Both the position numbers and the translations under genes were made by a program. From the NCBI RefSeq assembly GCF_006345805.1, contig NW_021828619.1, positions 1 through 8,033 on the forward strand: a DNA stretch of 8,033 nt, read 5' to 3'. Below the pieces are notes generated by a model. It worked only from the letters and a program-made list of their open reading frames with translations. It was not told the DNA's origin and searched no databases. Below are positions 7,431-8,033 of this stretch, piece after piece. Source of the stretch: Octopus sinensis (lineage: Eukaryota). Within the stretch, counting starts at the first letter, position 1, and the number at the start of each line of letters is the position of its first letter.

Positions 7431-7797
7431 GCTCTGACACTGCTCGTTAACACCACCCTACCGCTTTGAGTAGGGGTTGACTTTAGGTTGGACCTATCAT
7501 ACTTAATATATATATATACACCGTTGAATGATCAACTCATAGCTGTATTCCTCGGAGACAATATCTATTGTGGACGTGCTGTTAAAAAGTACAACATACA
7601 TCAGAAGGAGACAAAAATGTCCCCAGAAACTGTCAGCAAGAAATATCAAATGTATTTAAGCCTCATTAAGCTTTGTCAATGCATGTGTCACGGCCATCTG
7701 CATGCTGAGGCGAGATTTATCATTGATAATAGGAAAGCAATGAAAAAATTTCACTGTAAATAAACGCCCGCTTTTTTCTTGCCCACATCCTGTAACA

Positions 7798-8011
7798 TAC
7801 TGTTTCGCGAGGAATAAATTGATGCAATAACTATCTCGCTGAATATGTGCAGGTGGCAACTTAATTGTCTAAAACTCTTGAAGTCATAGATGGCAATGAG
7901 AACCAACAGGTGTGCCCATCATGTTTTTTGTAATAGCTTCAAACGAGGATAAGTCGAAAGTGTTCTTTCATATTGTTTTAAGACCTGTTATGAAAATATG
8001 AAAATAGTAAC
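7798..8011. repeat. dispersed repeat copy 2 (unclassified, homologous to 5156-5396)
   Basis: Same orientation as copy 1; see the alignment noted there. Confidence 0.75.
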
Positions 8012-8033
8012 ACGAAATATATTCATGAATTAT

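Noticed and set aside
7186-7859. ORFs 7186..7431, 7208..7414, 7488..7763 and 7656..7859
   Set aside because: The first two are antisense to the RTE-like remnant; the others show no motif I can recognise.

Overview
AT-rich, microsatellite-dense, non-coding eukaryotic DNA. The tRNA-derived SINE families look like octopus repeats, so the host is probably Octopus (inference from pattern recognition, no search run). No intact protein gene is supported: the listed ORFs are microsatellite or repeat artefacts, except the last ~39 codons of 3886..4257, which are the C-terminus of an R4/Dong-type retrotransposon sitting in (TAA)n. The window holds at least three SINE families, two further LINE 3' remnants, a ~150-bp loop-less palindrome and a diverged dispersed repeat pair. 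The most unusual structure is two inverted copies of a 'trimeric' SINE, head-(A-B)2-A-tail. Its ~65-bp B spacer is absent from the monomeric copy at 1107 and resembles the 3' terminus of the LINE-like remnant at 6659-6955.
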